Shown: positions 54,408 through 64,000 of the stretch, piece by piece
How positions within the stretch are numbered: the first letter of the stretch is position 1
Layout: each line of letters opens with the position of its first letter
Origin: Leptolyngbyaceae cyanobacterium
GTDB lineage: Bacteria; Cyanobacteriota; Cyanobacteriia; Phormidesmidales; Phormidesmidaceae
Reading direction: 5' to 3'
NCBI GenBank assembly: GCA_965263355.1
Contig: CBDHHL010000048.1
Coordinates: 96,001 to 160,000, forward strand
DNA length: 64,000 nucleotides
The notes under the pieces: model-generated
Seen by the model: only the letters and a program-made list of their open reading frames with translations
Databases searched by the model: none
Told to the model about the DNA's origin: nothing
Translations under genes and position numbers: made by a program

Positions 54408-55502
54408 CTAAAACATCTTCTCCAGAACGCTGCGAATAACATCGTCGGTGACCTGGTCGGTGATAAAAGCTTCGCCAATGCGTTTGGGTAGAACGAAGCG
54501 TACTTTGCCAGATTTGACTTTTTTATCGCTGCGCAGAGTGGTAAGGATGTCGTCAATGTTAAGGTTCTTGGGGAGTTTAGTGGGCAGGTTTGCTTTTTGG
54601 ATGATGGCAAGTTGCCGGTCGGTGGCGGTTTGGGACCAGAGGTCGAGGGTAGTTGCGATCGCACCTGCCGCTACCATACCTATACCCACAGCTTCGCCAT
54701 GGTTCACAGACTTATAGCCAGTTAAACTTTCAATCGCATGGCCAACGGTATGACCATAGTTGAGAATAGCCCGCAGCCCTGCTTCCTTCTCGTCTTGACT
54801 AACTACATCGGCCTTAGCCTGACATGAGTGCTTGAGAATATCGTGGAGCAGTTCCTCACCGACATAGCGCATCTGGTCAAGGCGTTTAGCCTGCTCCAAC
54901 TGGTCAAACAATGCTTCATTCCAAATAATGCCGTATTTGATCACTTCGGCCATACCAGCGCGAAATTCACGACCTGGGAGTGTAGCCAGGACATTAGGAT
55001 CAATTAGCACAAGACTGGGCTGATGAAATGCACCGATTAGATTTTTACCCTGGGGATGATTCACCCCCGTTTTCCCCCCCATGGAGGCATCGACCATAGC
55101 CAGTAATGAGGTAGGTACTTGGACAACAGCAATACCTCGGAGCCAGGTAGCGGCAGCAAAGCCAGTCATATCACCAATTACCCCGCCGCCCAAAGCAACC
55201 ATCGTGGAACTACGTTCTAGATGATTTTCAAAGGCAATATTATGAATTTTCTCGATAGAGCGTAAGGTTTTATAGCGTTCACCGGCAGGCAAAATACACT
55301 GACAGACTTCAAAACCAGCACCAGTTAACGATTTTAAGGCTATCTCACCATAGTGCTTGCAAATAATGGGATTGGAAACTAGCAGAACCTTACCTTGTTT
55401 ACCAATAGCTGAAAGCCAAGGACCTAAATACTGCAGCCCGTCAGAAGCAATTTTGATATCATATTGAGTTTGCGGTAGCTCGACGGGGATAACGGTCTTC
55501 AT
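54408..55502 (-). CDS. aroB: 3-dehydroquinate synthase
   Basis: [44 protein letters not shown] at 55502. Confidence 0.97.
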   Translation of the reverse strand: MKTVIPVELPQTQYDIKIASDGLQYLGPWLSAIGKQGKVLLVSNPIICKHYGEIALKSLTGAGFEVCQCILPAGERYKTLRSIEKIHNIAFENHLERSSTMVALGGGVIGDMTGFAAATWLRGIAVVQVPTSLLAMVDASMGGKTGVNHPQGKNLIGAFHQPSLVLIDPNVLATLPGREFRAGMAEVIKYGIIWNEALFDQLEQAKRLDQMRYVGEELLHDILKHSCQAKADVVSQDEKEAGLRAILNYGHTVGHAIESLTGYKSVNHGEAVGIGMVAAGAIATTLDLWSQTATDRQLAIIQKANLPTKLPKNLNIDDILTTLRSDKKVKSGKVRFVLPKRIGEAFITDQVTDDVIRSVLEKMF

Positions 55503-55531
55503 TGCAGTGCAGTGCAGTGTACTCACTTATC

Positions 55532-56020
55532 CTATTCCGGATTAAACACCTGGAAAATTTGCCGACAGCAAAGTTTAATTTTTTCTCCAGCGTTTGCCTG
55601 AGGTGGTGCCACCCCTTCAAACTGCCAGTTGTTAATCGTAGAGAGATGCCATTGTTGCCCCAGATGATTAAATCCAACGACATCCACACCAATTGCTTTC
55701 ACCACATTCGCCACTGTATCGGCAGCACCTTGGGTGACATCGTCTGTAACTGCATGGAGACGAATCTGGACTAATAAACTGCGACAGTTAAATGAACGGC
55801 TAAAACCAGGAAAATGAAAACCGATATCAATGGAGTCAGGATCAACCAGTTCTCTGGTGCCGGGATCATTAGCCCAAGGCTTCAGGTCAGAGCGTAAGTC
55901 GGGAAGTTGCCCCTTGAAAGCACCAACAATAGCGGCTATTTTGCTTGCATATTCGATACTACGAGCTTGTTCTGCTGCGTTCACGCCTACCAGAAGAATA
56001 TAAAAATTTTCACTTACCAA
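55532..56020 (-). CDS. Conserved cyanobacterial hypothetical protein
   Basis: DLKPW.NDP.T...DPDSIDIGFHFPG motif. Confidence 0.78.
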   Translation of the reverse strand: MVSENFYILLVGVNAAEQARSIEYASKIAAIVGAFKGQLPDLRSDLKPWANDPGTRELVDPDSIDIGFHFPGFSRSFNCRSLLVQIRLHAVTDDVTQGAADTVANVVKAIGVDVVGFNHLGQQWHLSTINNWQFEGVAPPQANAGEKIKLCCRQIFQVFNPE

Positions 56021-56155
56021 GATAAAACAATGCCTTAGTAAATAACCAAGGCATTGTTTACTTATCTACCGGATAGTTAGCAAATATTACTAAGGAAAAT
56101 AAATTAGCTAGCGATCAGAAACTGTAGCTGATGAAACGAATAGCGCACCCCCCAT

Positions 56156-56734
56156 CTAGATTGTCTGACCATAATGGGTCTGGCAGGTGCTCAGCATACG
56201 CAGATCGTTATCACTAACAGTATCAATTTGGTGGAACCCTGCAATAGCAAATTGCCTTCCCCCTGGCCCAGCAACAGCTGTATGCTCAAGAGAAAGGGCG
56301 TAAGCGTATTCTTCCTGGGAATAGGTTTCGGTAATAGCTAGAGAAAGCTGCGTATTTTCCACATTTCCTTGAAAACAGTCAAAGGAAGAGTAGGGAGCAT
56401 AGAACGCACCCACCACTTGACCAGCCCGAGCTTCAAAAATCATGTACGCAGTTTGCAGCTGATCAGGCAAAGGCTTTTCACCAAAAAGATAAATGCCATT
56501 ATTGACAGGGACTGCAACAGGCGGCTCAGCTTGAGCTAGCAAAGGATGAATGACAGCAGTTTCAGGTTCCAGGGAGGACTGTAATATCATTCTGGCACTG
56601 GCAGTATTGGCAGCTAGCAATGTCACAGCCCCCATCAGCAAAGCGCCTACACGCAGGACATGTTTAGATACTTGTGTTTGAATACGCTGACGATAAATAT
56701 AATGTTGAATAACTGCTAAAACTTGCATAAACAC
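56156..56734 (-). CDS. Exported hypothetical protein
   Basis: Signal-like segment; GIYLFGE..PDQL...YMIFE...GAFY.PYSSFDCF. Confidence 0.75.
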   Translation of the reverse strand: MFMQVLAVIQHYIYRQRIQTQVSKHVLRVGALLMGAVTLLAANTASARMILQSSLEPETAVIHPLLAQAEPPVAVPVNNGIYLFGEKPLPDQLQTAYMIFEARAGQVVGAFYAPYSSFDCFQGNVENTQLSLAITETYSQEEYAYALSLEHTAVAGPGGRQFAIAGFHQIDTVSDNDLRMLSTCQTHYGQTI

Positions 56735-57121
56735 CGCGCCTCACTGCATTTACCGAACACCGCTCACGAATGACTAGCTGCAATCAAAAGGGAACTGTAT
56801 CTTTTACTGTAGGTGAGATTTCTACCTATTCACCTGATTAGGATTGTTCCTTTAATATCTCTTTAACGATTGCATTCCCCCAGTTAGCTCGCTAATCGCT
56901 ATGATTCCCTACAACTACAGGGCTTTTGATTCCGTATAGGAGGGTTTCATAACTGGCATAGAAGCTCTGTTGGCCAGGTTATCAAGAACAATTTGCACAA
57001 TTCTTTGGATGTACTGCCGCCATCTAACGTTGGAACGATGTAGGCTAAAGAGATAACTGGCTAGTTAGGCACCCAGTCATTGGATATCCTATATCACTGA
57101 GCAGGAGTCAAACGTTCATCT

Positions 57122-58282
57122 ATGCCGTTCATTGAAGTGCCGCTAAAGCTACTGCTGTTCATCGATAAGCGGCCAAGTTCTGCTGAGCAAGTTCGTCAGA
57201 TTCGTCAGCATGTTGACGGCTTAGAAAGTAACATTGCTCCAGTTTTAGAGGTGATTGATGTTAGCGAACAGCCTTATCTGGCCGAACACTTTAAGCTTGT
57301 AGTCACCCCAACATTAATCAAAATTTCAGCCGTAGGCCGCCAAACTCTAACCGGTAGTGACATTATTTCTCAAATTGACTACTGGTGGTCCCGCTGGCAA
57401 GCAGAAGTTGACAATGAGCACAATGACCCCAATGAAAGGCTTTTGGACAATATGTCCATTGCTCAATCAACAGAAATCATTCATTTATCGGACGAAATTT
57501 TTCAGCTAAAGCAACTCAATGCTGAAGCGAACGCTAAGCTAGACTTCAAGGATCGCATCATTGCTATGCTGGCCCATGATCTACGTAATCCATTGACAGC
57601 AGCTTCCATAGCTATTGAAACATTAGAAATGGGGTATGACCCTAATCATGAAAAACATGGACGGTTTCGACCTGAGCTAACAGTACAGCTGTTACGCAAT
57701 GCAAAGGCTCAGATCCGAGCAATTGATCGAATGATTACGGATATTTTGCAGGCAGCCCATGGTCCCAGCATTGATCTACATATTTTCCCAAAAGAATTAA
57801 ACCTGCAGGATTTATGTCAGGAAGTCGTGGACTCTATGCTCACCAAAATTAAAAACAAGCAGCAAACCATTCGTCTCGATATTCCTCAAGATTTACCCCA
57901 CGTACATGCTGATATCAATCAAGTGCGGCGTGTGATTGTAAACCTTTTGGACAATGCCGTAAAATATACGCCTGAGGATGGAGAAGTGGTGATTACGGCC
58001 CTCCATCGGACTACCCAAAAGGTACAAGTCAGTATTCAGGATACGGGGCCTGGCATCCCTGCAGATAAACGAGCTCGGATTTTTGAGGAGAGTTTTCGCC
58101 TACAACGGGACCAATCTCAGGATGGCTATGGTCTTGGATTAGCACTATGTCTGAGAATTGTCAGGTCCCACTATGGCCAAATTTGGGTAGATTCGGCACC
58201 CCAGCAAGGTAGTACATTTCACTTTACATTGCCAGTCTACAAGCAGGCTAGTAATCAGCAACCGTCGTTAAATGATGAGTAG
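57122..58282 (+). CDS. sasA: Circadian clock-associated histidine kinase SasA
   Basis: KaiB-like N-terminus (LLLFIDKRP, QPYLAEHFKLVVTPTLIK), AHDLRNPLTA, GYGLGL. Confidence 0.93.
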   Translation: MPFIEVPLKLLLFIDKRPSSAEQVRQIRQHVDGLESNIAPVLEVIDVSEQPYLAEHFKLVVTPTLIKISAVGRQTLTGSDIISQIDYWWSRWQAEVDNEHNDPNERLLDNMSIAQSTEIIHLSDEIFQLKQLNAEANAKLDFKDRIIAMLAHDLRNPLTAASIAIETLEMGYDPNHEKHGRFRPELTVQLLRNAKAQIRAIDRMITDILQAAHGPSIDLHIFPKELNLQDLCQEVVDSMLTKIKNKQQTIRLDIPQDLPHVHADINQVRRVIVNLLDNAVKYTPEDGEVVITALHRTTQKVQVSIQDTGPGIPADKRARIFEESFRLQRDQSQDGYGLGLALCLRIVRSHYGQIWVDSAPQQGSTFHFTLPVYKQASNQQPSLNDE

Positions 58283-58284
58283 CC

Positions 58285-58953
58285 TTAAACATCGGGTAGT
58301 TTTAGACGAGCTTTGAGAGCAGCTAACTCGATATCGACTGGATTGCCTCCTGACTCTAATGCTGAAAATTTTTGGTCTAATGAATCTTGGCTGAGTTGGT
58401 TGATTTCAGCGGCAGCGGCAGCGTTAGCTTCCATATCTAAAATTTTGTCTTCAATTTGGTCAAACGCTCCACCATTGACTTGGGTGATCATTTCGTGTAG
58501 CTTCTGCGTAGCTTTTGCTGAACGTGCCCGAGCAATGTACATGTCTTTGCGGGTACGTGCCTGAGCAATTTTGCTCTCTAAAGCACGCATATTGGTTTTC
58601 AGCTGTTGGACGCTGGTTTTCTGCTGTTGCAACTGACCTTCTAGAGCTTGGGCGGTTTCTAAATAAGTTTGGCGACGGTTCAATGCTTCACGGGCTAGAG
58701 GCTCATTCCCTTTTGCAAGAGCACTTTGGGCTCGATTATAAAACTCCCGAGCCTGGGTATGGGCTTGGTCATACTGGCGTTCACTTCTTTTTTGAGTTGC
58801 GATCGCAACCGCCACAGCTTGTCTTAGTTGCAACAAATTTTCCTGCATATCTGCAGTTGCTTGCTCTAGTAGCTTCTCTGGATCTTCAGCCCCATTGAGG
58901 GCACCGTTGAGACTGGTACGCACCACCCGAAAGAAACGATCTAGCAATCCCAT
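58285..58953 (-). CDS. pspA: PspA/IM30 family protein (no Vipp1 C-terminal tail)
   Basis: MGLLDRFFRVVR, AEDPEKLLEQ, ARARSAKA; start at 58953. Confidence 0.85.
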   Translation of the reverse strand: MGLLDRFFRVVRTSLNGALNGAEDPEKLLEQATADMQENLLQLRQAVAVAIATQKRSERQYDQAHTQAREFYNRAQSALAKGNEPLAREALNRRQTYLETAQALEGQLQQQKTSVQQLKTNMRALESKIAQARTRKDMYIARARSAKATQKLHEMITQVNGGAFDQIEDKILDMEANAAAAAEINQLSQDSLDQKFSALESGGNPVDIELAALKARLKLPDV

Positions 58954-59026
58954 AGATAGTTTTTTGTGCCTGAAAAGCAACAAGCTAAAACAGCAATAGC
59001 TGTTACCTCTAGCATAGCAGGCACAA

Positions 59027-60403
59027 CTATTCGTTCGTAGGGCCAAAGAGTTCTACAGCGATTCCTTGTTGGGTTAAAAGCGCCACCTGGTCCTCAGCTT
59101 GAGAACGATTATCAAAGGCCGCCAATTGAATCCGCACTCCAGCTTCAAAGTTACGCACAAACGCATCAGGAACAAATTCACGGGCCTTGCTCAAAGAAGC
59201 ATCACCAGTATAGCTAGCAAGGATATAGTAATTAGATCCTGTTGCTACGGTAGATGAGGGGCTGACGGTCGTTGACGATGTGTCGTCAGCCGCTGCCGGG
59301 GCTTTAGACACAGTTGTTGTGGCAGCTTCTGAGGAGACTGCAGGCACTGACTGGCCGCCACCATCACTTACGGCTGGCACTTCAGTCGTAAGTGATGGCT
59401 GCTGCTGAACATTAGTAGGAGCCGTTGGGGTCGGCAGCGGTGACTGCGCCGGATTAGGTAACGTAGAAGGAATGGGAGTAGCAACCCCAGTTCCATTAGG
59501 CTGCTCTATTTCCAAGGTCACCAAATCCTTCACATTATCCAATTCTTTAAATTCCTGGGTGGAAAGATCGGGACCTGGAGGCTTATACCCCTCAGATGTC
59601 ACATCGGAAGCGCCCCCATCGGATGGCGTATCAGGCACCTCAGACAACGTCTCACTCCCTTCAGCAATGGCTTCGGAATTAGTCTCAGAGCCAGCCAGTT
59701 CAGGCTCACCAGCAGGCCATAATCGCTCTCGTAGATTTTGCAACTGAGCTGGGTAGGTAATGGCAAATCCGACGGCAATTCCACCCAGTAAAACTAAGAC
59801 CAGACCCGCCAGCTTTAGCAAACCATTATTCTTACGATTGGGGGAATAAGGTGCAGGCACTGAAGCTGGTTCAAGCTGCTCCTCCTCGATACTTTTTAGT
59901 AATTCCTCTGACGATTCTAAATAGCCTTCGGCCTCTGTCTGGAGTTGCACCAACAAGGCGGCATCCTCTAGCTCAGGGTTCGTCTGATTGAGTTCACCGT
60001 CTAGCCCAGAATCCTCCATGTTTAGGCCAAGCTCACCCACATCGGCGACCTGACCCATATCAGGTAAATCTATCTTCTCTTCTAGTGTAGAGGCCTTATT
60101 TAAGAAAGGATTGGGAGGTAGAGGTGGGGGGGAAGGGGGCTGACTAGCAGACTCTGTGCCAGCATCACTCGGCGCTGATGCTGGCACAGAAATCAAGTCA
60201 AGCGTCTGACGCTGAGCTGTCCGTCGGGGCGGCGGCGGCGGCGGGATCCGACCATGACGCTGACGTCGATAGCGGGTTAGTTCGTCCTCAAGATTGACAT
60301 TAAGATTTCGCAAAACACTTTCCAGTTGCGGAGCAATCTCAGTTCCTGACTCTGAACCGAGTCGAGGTGGAATTGAAGCAAAAAAGTTGTCTGAGGAAGC
60401 CAT
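59027..60403 (-). CDS. Membrane-anchored protein with C-terminal SPOR-like domain
   Basis: LEDELTRYRRQR, central TM, Pro/Ser/Thr linker, VPDAFVR..G..IQLAAF. Confidence 0.75.
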   Translation of the reverse strand: MASSDNFFASIPPRLGSESGTEIAPQLESVLRNLNVNLEDELTRYRRQRHGRIPPPPPPRRTAQRQTLDLISVPASAPSDAGTESASQPPSPPPLPPNPFLNKASTLEEKIDLPDMGQVADVGELGLNMEDSGLDGELNQTNPELEDAALLVQLQTEAEGYLESSEELLKSIEEEQLEPASVPAPYSPNRKNNGLLKLAGLVLVLLGGIAVGFAITYPAQLQNLRERLWPAGEPELAGSETNSEAIAEGSETLSEVPDTPSDGGASDVTSEGYKPPGPDLSTQEFKELDNVKDLVTLEIEQPNGTGVATPIPSTLPNPAQSPLPTPTAPTNVQQQPSLTTEVPAVSDGGGQSVPAVSSEAATTTVSKAPAAADDTSSTTVSPSSTVATGSNYYILASYTGDASLSKAREFVPDAFVRNFEAGVRIQLAAFDNRSQAEDQVALLTQQGIAVELFGPTNE

Positions 60404-60561
60404 GGAACGCAGCTAAAATGTAAGAGGCAAGTACGGCAATGAGCACTCCCTGATAGACCATACGTTAGCACGTTAATTGAGAGACGTTACAAACAAGGTC
60501 TCTAGAATGCTCAAATGGCTAGTTTTTAAGTTTTTTAAGCGCTTTTAAAAGAGAGACAGGC

Positions 60562-61116
60562 ATGGGATTTTCTGGGTTGCGATCGCTGATTACCGATATT
60601 GAGACCCATCCTAGCTGGCAAGTCCGACGACAATTTGCTCAAGTTAACGAATATTGGCCCAAGGCCGTGGGATATGCCGTAGCCCAACAGACTAAGCCTG
60701 CCAGCATTCAACGCCATATCCTTTACGTTACCGTTGCGAATGCTTCTTGGGCTCAAACCCTAACCTTGGAACGTCGACGCATTCTTCATAACCTCAATCG
60801 CCTGCTCCCCCATCCTCTAGATGACATTCGCTTTTCAAGCGCACAATGGCACACTAAGCCTGTTCGCAGGCCACAACCTGCCAGCGATTGCATCAAAGCT
60901 CATCCAAGCTACATTGGAGAAACAGACGATACACACCCCCCTAACCAAACTGCAAAACAAACGCCAGAAGAGGCATTTGCCCGGTGGGCAACCCTAAAGA
61001 AAAAACAACAAATGCTTCAAGAAATTTGTCCAGAGTGCCAATGCTCATGCCCTCCTGGAGAAATAGCTAGATGGACAATGTGCGCTCTGTGCATTACCAA
61101 AACCTGGCAACAATAA
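60562..61116 (+). CDS. DUF721 / DciA family protein with C-terminal Cys cluster
   Basis: WPKAVG..VAQQT.P, LYVTVANASWAQTL, CPECQC...CALC. Confidence 0.85.
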   Translation: MGFSGLRSLITDIETHPSWQVRRQFAQVNEYWPKAVGYAVAQQTKPASIQRHILYVTVANASWAQTLTLERRRILHNLNRLLPHPLDDIRFSSAQWHTKPVRRPQPASDCIKAHPSYIGETDDTHPPNQTAKQTPEEAFARWATLKKKQQMLQEICPECQCSCPPGEIARWTMCALCITKTWQQ

Positions 61117-61440
61117 GATTTAACAACAAAAATTAAACTTTAAACTTATTTATGGTTACAACGGCTGTTTTTTGATTATTTTAACCGCTGTATTGTCATC
61201 TACCTTAAATTGAACTGCTTGGGGATCGCTTATCAATAGATGATCCCAGCCACTCTAAAGAAGATTGATTTATTTAAATGAAATATAAAGAAAACCTTAA
61301 TGGAAAGGGCTTATGTAAAATTAATGGCGAGCTTGGTGTATCAACCTTTTAACATTTTTAGAATGTCAGATTTTTGACGACAACTACTCCACAATGACGA
61401 TAGTAAAGGCTTTTAATGAATTTCTCAGTTATTACTTTTC

Positions 61441-61728
61441 ATGAGTATTAAAAAAGGTGAAATTGCCAGATGCGGTGCCTGCCGTTTTTATACGCCGACC
61501 GGTCGTCGTGGGGGGGAATGTTCACAGCTTGGAGTACCTGTTCAATCGGCTTGGAAAACTTGTTGCTTGGCAGAATCACCGTTTCAAAAATCAACTAAAG
61601 TAAGCAATTCAGACATAGAGCTAGCCAAGGTAGCTACAGACAAAATCATAGCTTCAGAACCGTTACCCATGCCATCGGGTCGGTTGGGCTCTCTAGAAAA
61701 GTCATTGGCCACTAAGCTTTCTCAATAG
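61441..61728 (+). CDS. Small Cys-rich conserved hypothetical protein
   Basis: CGACRFY.P.GRRGGEC..LGVPV...WKTC.LA..PF. Confidence 0.75.
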   Translation: MSIKKGEIARCGACRFYTPTGRRGGECSQLGVPVQSAWKTCCLAESPFQKSTKVSNSDIELAKVATDKIIASEPLPMPSGRLGSLEKSLATKLSQ

Positions 61729-61913
61729 CACCTTAAACTGGTCGCATGGGATAGTTGGTTGAAACCAACATTAGCATCACAACTGAGGACACTAAAAGTA
61801 ACAATGGCTATAGTTTACCACCGTTACTTTTAGTGTGATTTCAGTTTTATTTAGAAGACTCTATGGCATTTATCAAGATTAGTAAATCTGCCGACTACCA
61901 TGCCATTGGCATT

Positions 61914-62318
61914 CTAGTTTTCTTGATTGCATACTTCCGCAAGAATCTCACCCTGACCTTCTAGCACACTCAAGGCCTGTCTTCTAGCACGTACTAATGT
62001 AGATGCTACCCCCCAAGCCAGGGTGCGGTTATGTTCAGCAATTGTCCCACAGCCACGAAAGGATACGCGAATGGCACAATTAGCATCTCCACAGCTACGT
62101 AGGGCACCCCGCTCAGCGCTGCCAACGGATAAATAATTGGTCGCCACGCCCCAGTCACCAGAACGAGAAATTGCGATCGCACCATATCGCTGTGTTGCCT
62201 GGGCATGGGTTACCAGCAGAGTACTCAGGATCAATAGGCTCAAAAATATAGGCTTTAGCATAGGCTGATAAGGAACAACAAAACGGCGATATAACGTTGA
62301 GTTTTGCACAAACGCCAA
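61914..62318 (-). CDS. DUF4189 domain exported protein
   Basis: Signal peptide, YGAIA, AERGALRSC...C...GC; start probably at MLKPIF. Confidence 0.8.
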   Translation of the reverse strand: MAFVQNSTLYRRFVVPYQPMLKPIFLSLLILSTLLVTHAQATQRYGAIAISRSGDWGVATNYLSVGSAERGALRSCGDANCAIRVSFRGCGTIAEHNRTLAWGVASTLVRARRQALSVLEGQGEILAEVCNQEN

Positions 62319-62325
62319 ATAAGAA

Positions 62326-62355
62326 ACGGCCCCGTAGTCCTCTTTACGGGGCCGT
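62326..62355 (-). terminator. Intrinsic terminator-like hairpin after the 62376 gene
   Basis: acggccccgta-gtcctctt-tacggggccgt with a T-rich tail on the minus strand. Confidence 0.6.
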
Positions 62356-62375
62356 CACAGAGCATCCGCCTCTAT

Positions 62376-63395
62376 CTAGGAGAGAGCATCCTTTTGATTA
62401 CTATCCCCCGGTAGCATCGATTTCTCAGTACGGGCGAGAAAATCAGGTACCAGAACTTCGCTAAATCCGGCGATAAATGCGATCGCAAAGTATAAATACT
62501 TGGACTGGGCTTCAGCTTCGCTGGGGTTAAACCCGGATACTACTACCACCTCTGACTGGATAAGGGAAACGGCCAAAAGGCTAAAGGCAGTGCCCACCAC
62601 CGGTTTAAAGAAGCCGATAAAGAAAGGAATCATCGATTGGGAGCGGTTACGGTTTTCTAGCTTTCGCGATCGCAACATCACACTGACGATACTGCCCAAA
62701 CCACCGGCAGCTAATACCAGCTGAATATATTGCCATTCCTGGGATGAAAAAAGTTCTAATTGGGAACCCTGGGTGTCTCCTTCAACGATCGCCGTAGCCC
62801 CAGACGGCTCACCTTCAACCACAAGATCGTCAACCGAGTCTTCCTCTGAGGTTTCTGACGGCTCATCAACCGGCTGAGCATGGTTAATACCATGCTGATA
62901 GCCGATATTATATTGATTCGACAAAAACAGTCGCACAGCAGTGGTACTACCAATTAACAACGAAATGGTAATAGTAAACCAGGTAAGGCCTGAAATCAGC
63001 TGTGCAGCCGGGGACCCTCCAGCACTAAGAACAGCCACCAGAGGATTGCGGTAGATCCGAATCTCACGCGCAATCCGTTTACGAATGTCCCGTGCCAGAG
63101 ATACCCGTTCTGTCATGGACATAGCTGGAGACTGGTGAGCTTTCGGAGCAGCTTCGGTCGGCAACAACAAACTGACCGCCAGTTGCATCATCGGCATTAG
63201 CATCTGATCGTTAGTCAGTTCCAGGTGGGGGACTTGCTCAAGCAATTTGCCCAGCTCGCGATAAGCAGGTTTCGATAGATGCTCAGACGCCAGTCCCTGC
63301 TCAATACGCTCAATGAGTTCTCGCGCATCCTGGCGAATAACAAGATCAATATTATCTATTAGGCCTGATGGTAGACCTATTGTATTTGCAGACAT
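62376..63395 (-). CDS. Membrane protein with C-terminal three-helix GxLG...KPxxG...AFxAGFSE domain
   Basis: 339-aa ORF, about 4 TM segments. Confidence 0.75.
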   Translation of the reverse strand: MSANTIGLPSGLIDNIDLVIRQDARELIERIEQGLASEHLSKPAYRELGKLLEQVPHLELTNDQMLMPMMQLAVSLLLPTEAAPKAHQSPAMSMTERVSLARDIRKRIAREIRIYRNPLVAVLSAGGSPAAQLISGLTWFTITISLLIGSTTAVRLFLSNQYNIGYQHGINHAQPVDEPSETSEEDSVDDLVVEGEPSGATAIVEGDTQGSQLELFSSQEWQYIQLVLAAGGLGSIVSVMLRSRKLENRNRSQSMIPFFIGFFKPVVGTAFSLLAVSLIQSEVVVVSGFNPSEAEAQSKYLYFAIAFIAGFSEVLVPDFLARTEKSMLPGDSNQKDALS

Positions 63396-63949
63396 TATAG
63401 TGTGTGCATCCTGAGGGTAACAACGTTAAGAAAAAGTGATTGCCGCTGCGGATATGACACACCTGATTCCGATATAGCAATTTTATAGATAGCACCCAGC
63501 AGCAACATCTAGACCCTAGCCATCTGTTCTTGAAGACAGACGAAAGTAGGACCATTCTTCTGATCGTCACAGGTTGCACTGGCATGGAGTCGTTGTAACC
63601 AGGACAGATTCCCCAAGGTTATGGGGGACAATTTTTAAACCGATCCCTGATCAGGAACAATATGATTCAAATCAAGGAACGTTACGCTAGGAGGATATCA
63701 ACAAAATTTGAGAGCTATCTTACAGTTTTGAGTGATCTGCATCATCATTTTAGCCTCCGAAGAGAGAATTTAGAGTAAGCGCCTAACAGTAAGCGCCTAA
63801 CATTTAGGCAGGCAAGAAAACCGAAATAGCCTGTGTTGCAATGGCAGAAAAAGAAAAATTTAATCCAAAAAACTTAAGACAAATTTATGAAGTAGCTACT
63901 AAGATAATCTACTAAGGTATTAAGGCTCATCAGCATCTGGAGGTCGCCC

Positions 63950-64000
63950 ATGGGAAGACGTAGTTCTAAGCGGTCTTTCAGACAGTTATCCAATATTGCG
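63950..64000 (+). CDS. Probable 5' end of a gene running out of the window
   Basis: GGAGG Shine-Dalgarno then ATG; MGRRSSKRSFRQLSNIA open to the window edge. Confidence 0.45.
   Translation, partial: MGRRSSKRSFRQLSNIA

Noticed and set aside
55503..55519. (tgcag) short tandem repeat before aroB
   Set aside because: Only about 3 units, outside the likely coding start; too short to argue phase variation.
63774..63802. Tandem duplication of agtaagcgcctaac
   Set aside because: Two adjacent copies with no spacer; not CRISPR, likely slippage.

Overview
Core-chromosome window from a cyanobacterium. Evidence: about 25 HIP1 (GCGATCGC) octamers, plus psaL, psb32, btpA, sasA and Fd-GOGAT. A filamentous Leptolyngbya-like lineage is my inference only. 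Contents: the str operon (rpsL-rpsG-fusA-tuf-rpsJ) followed by a Lon-N-domain gene, glsF, gap1, purN, dprA, rarA, an isolated psaL, rnz, cobU, rpsF, rimO-crhR, btpA, VKOR-thioredoxin, hisB, aroB, sasA, pspA and a DUF721/DciA-like gene. A small accessory patch at about 24-29.4 kb holds TPR proteins, a SWIM protein and a cluster of REP-like palindromes. I saw no CRISPR array, tRNA, rRNA, transposase or prophage. Non-coding signals: (1) strand composition flips at HIP1 sites (G/T-rich 5', C/A-rich 3') regardless of gene orientation, and the flip persists at decayed sites; (2) a probable NtcA-repressed sRNA (NsrR1-like) divergent from rnz; (3) an S6:S18-type leader upstream of a lone rpsF; (4) a family of GCATG-centred REP-like palindromes. 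All base counts are hand counts and no database searches were run.
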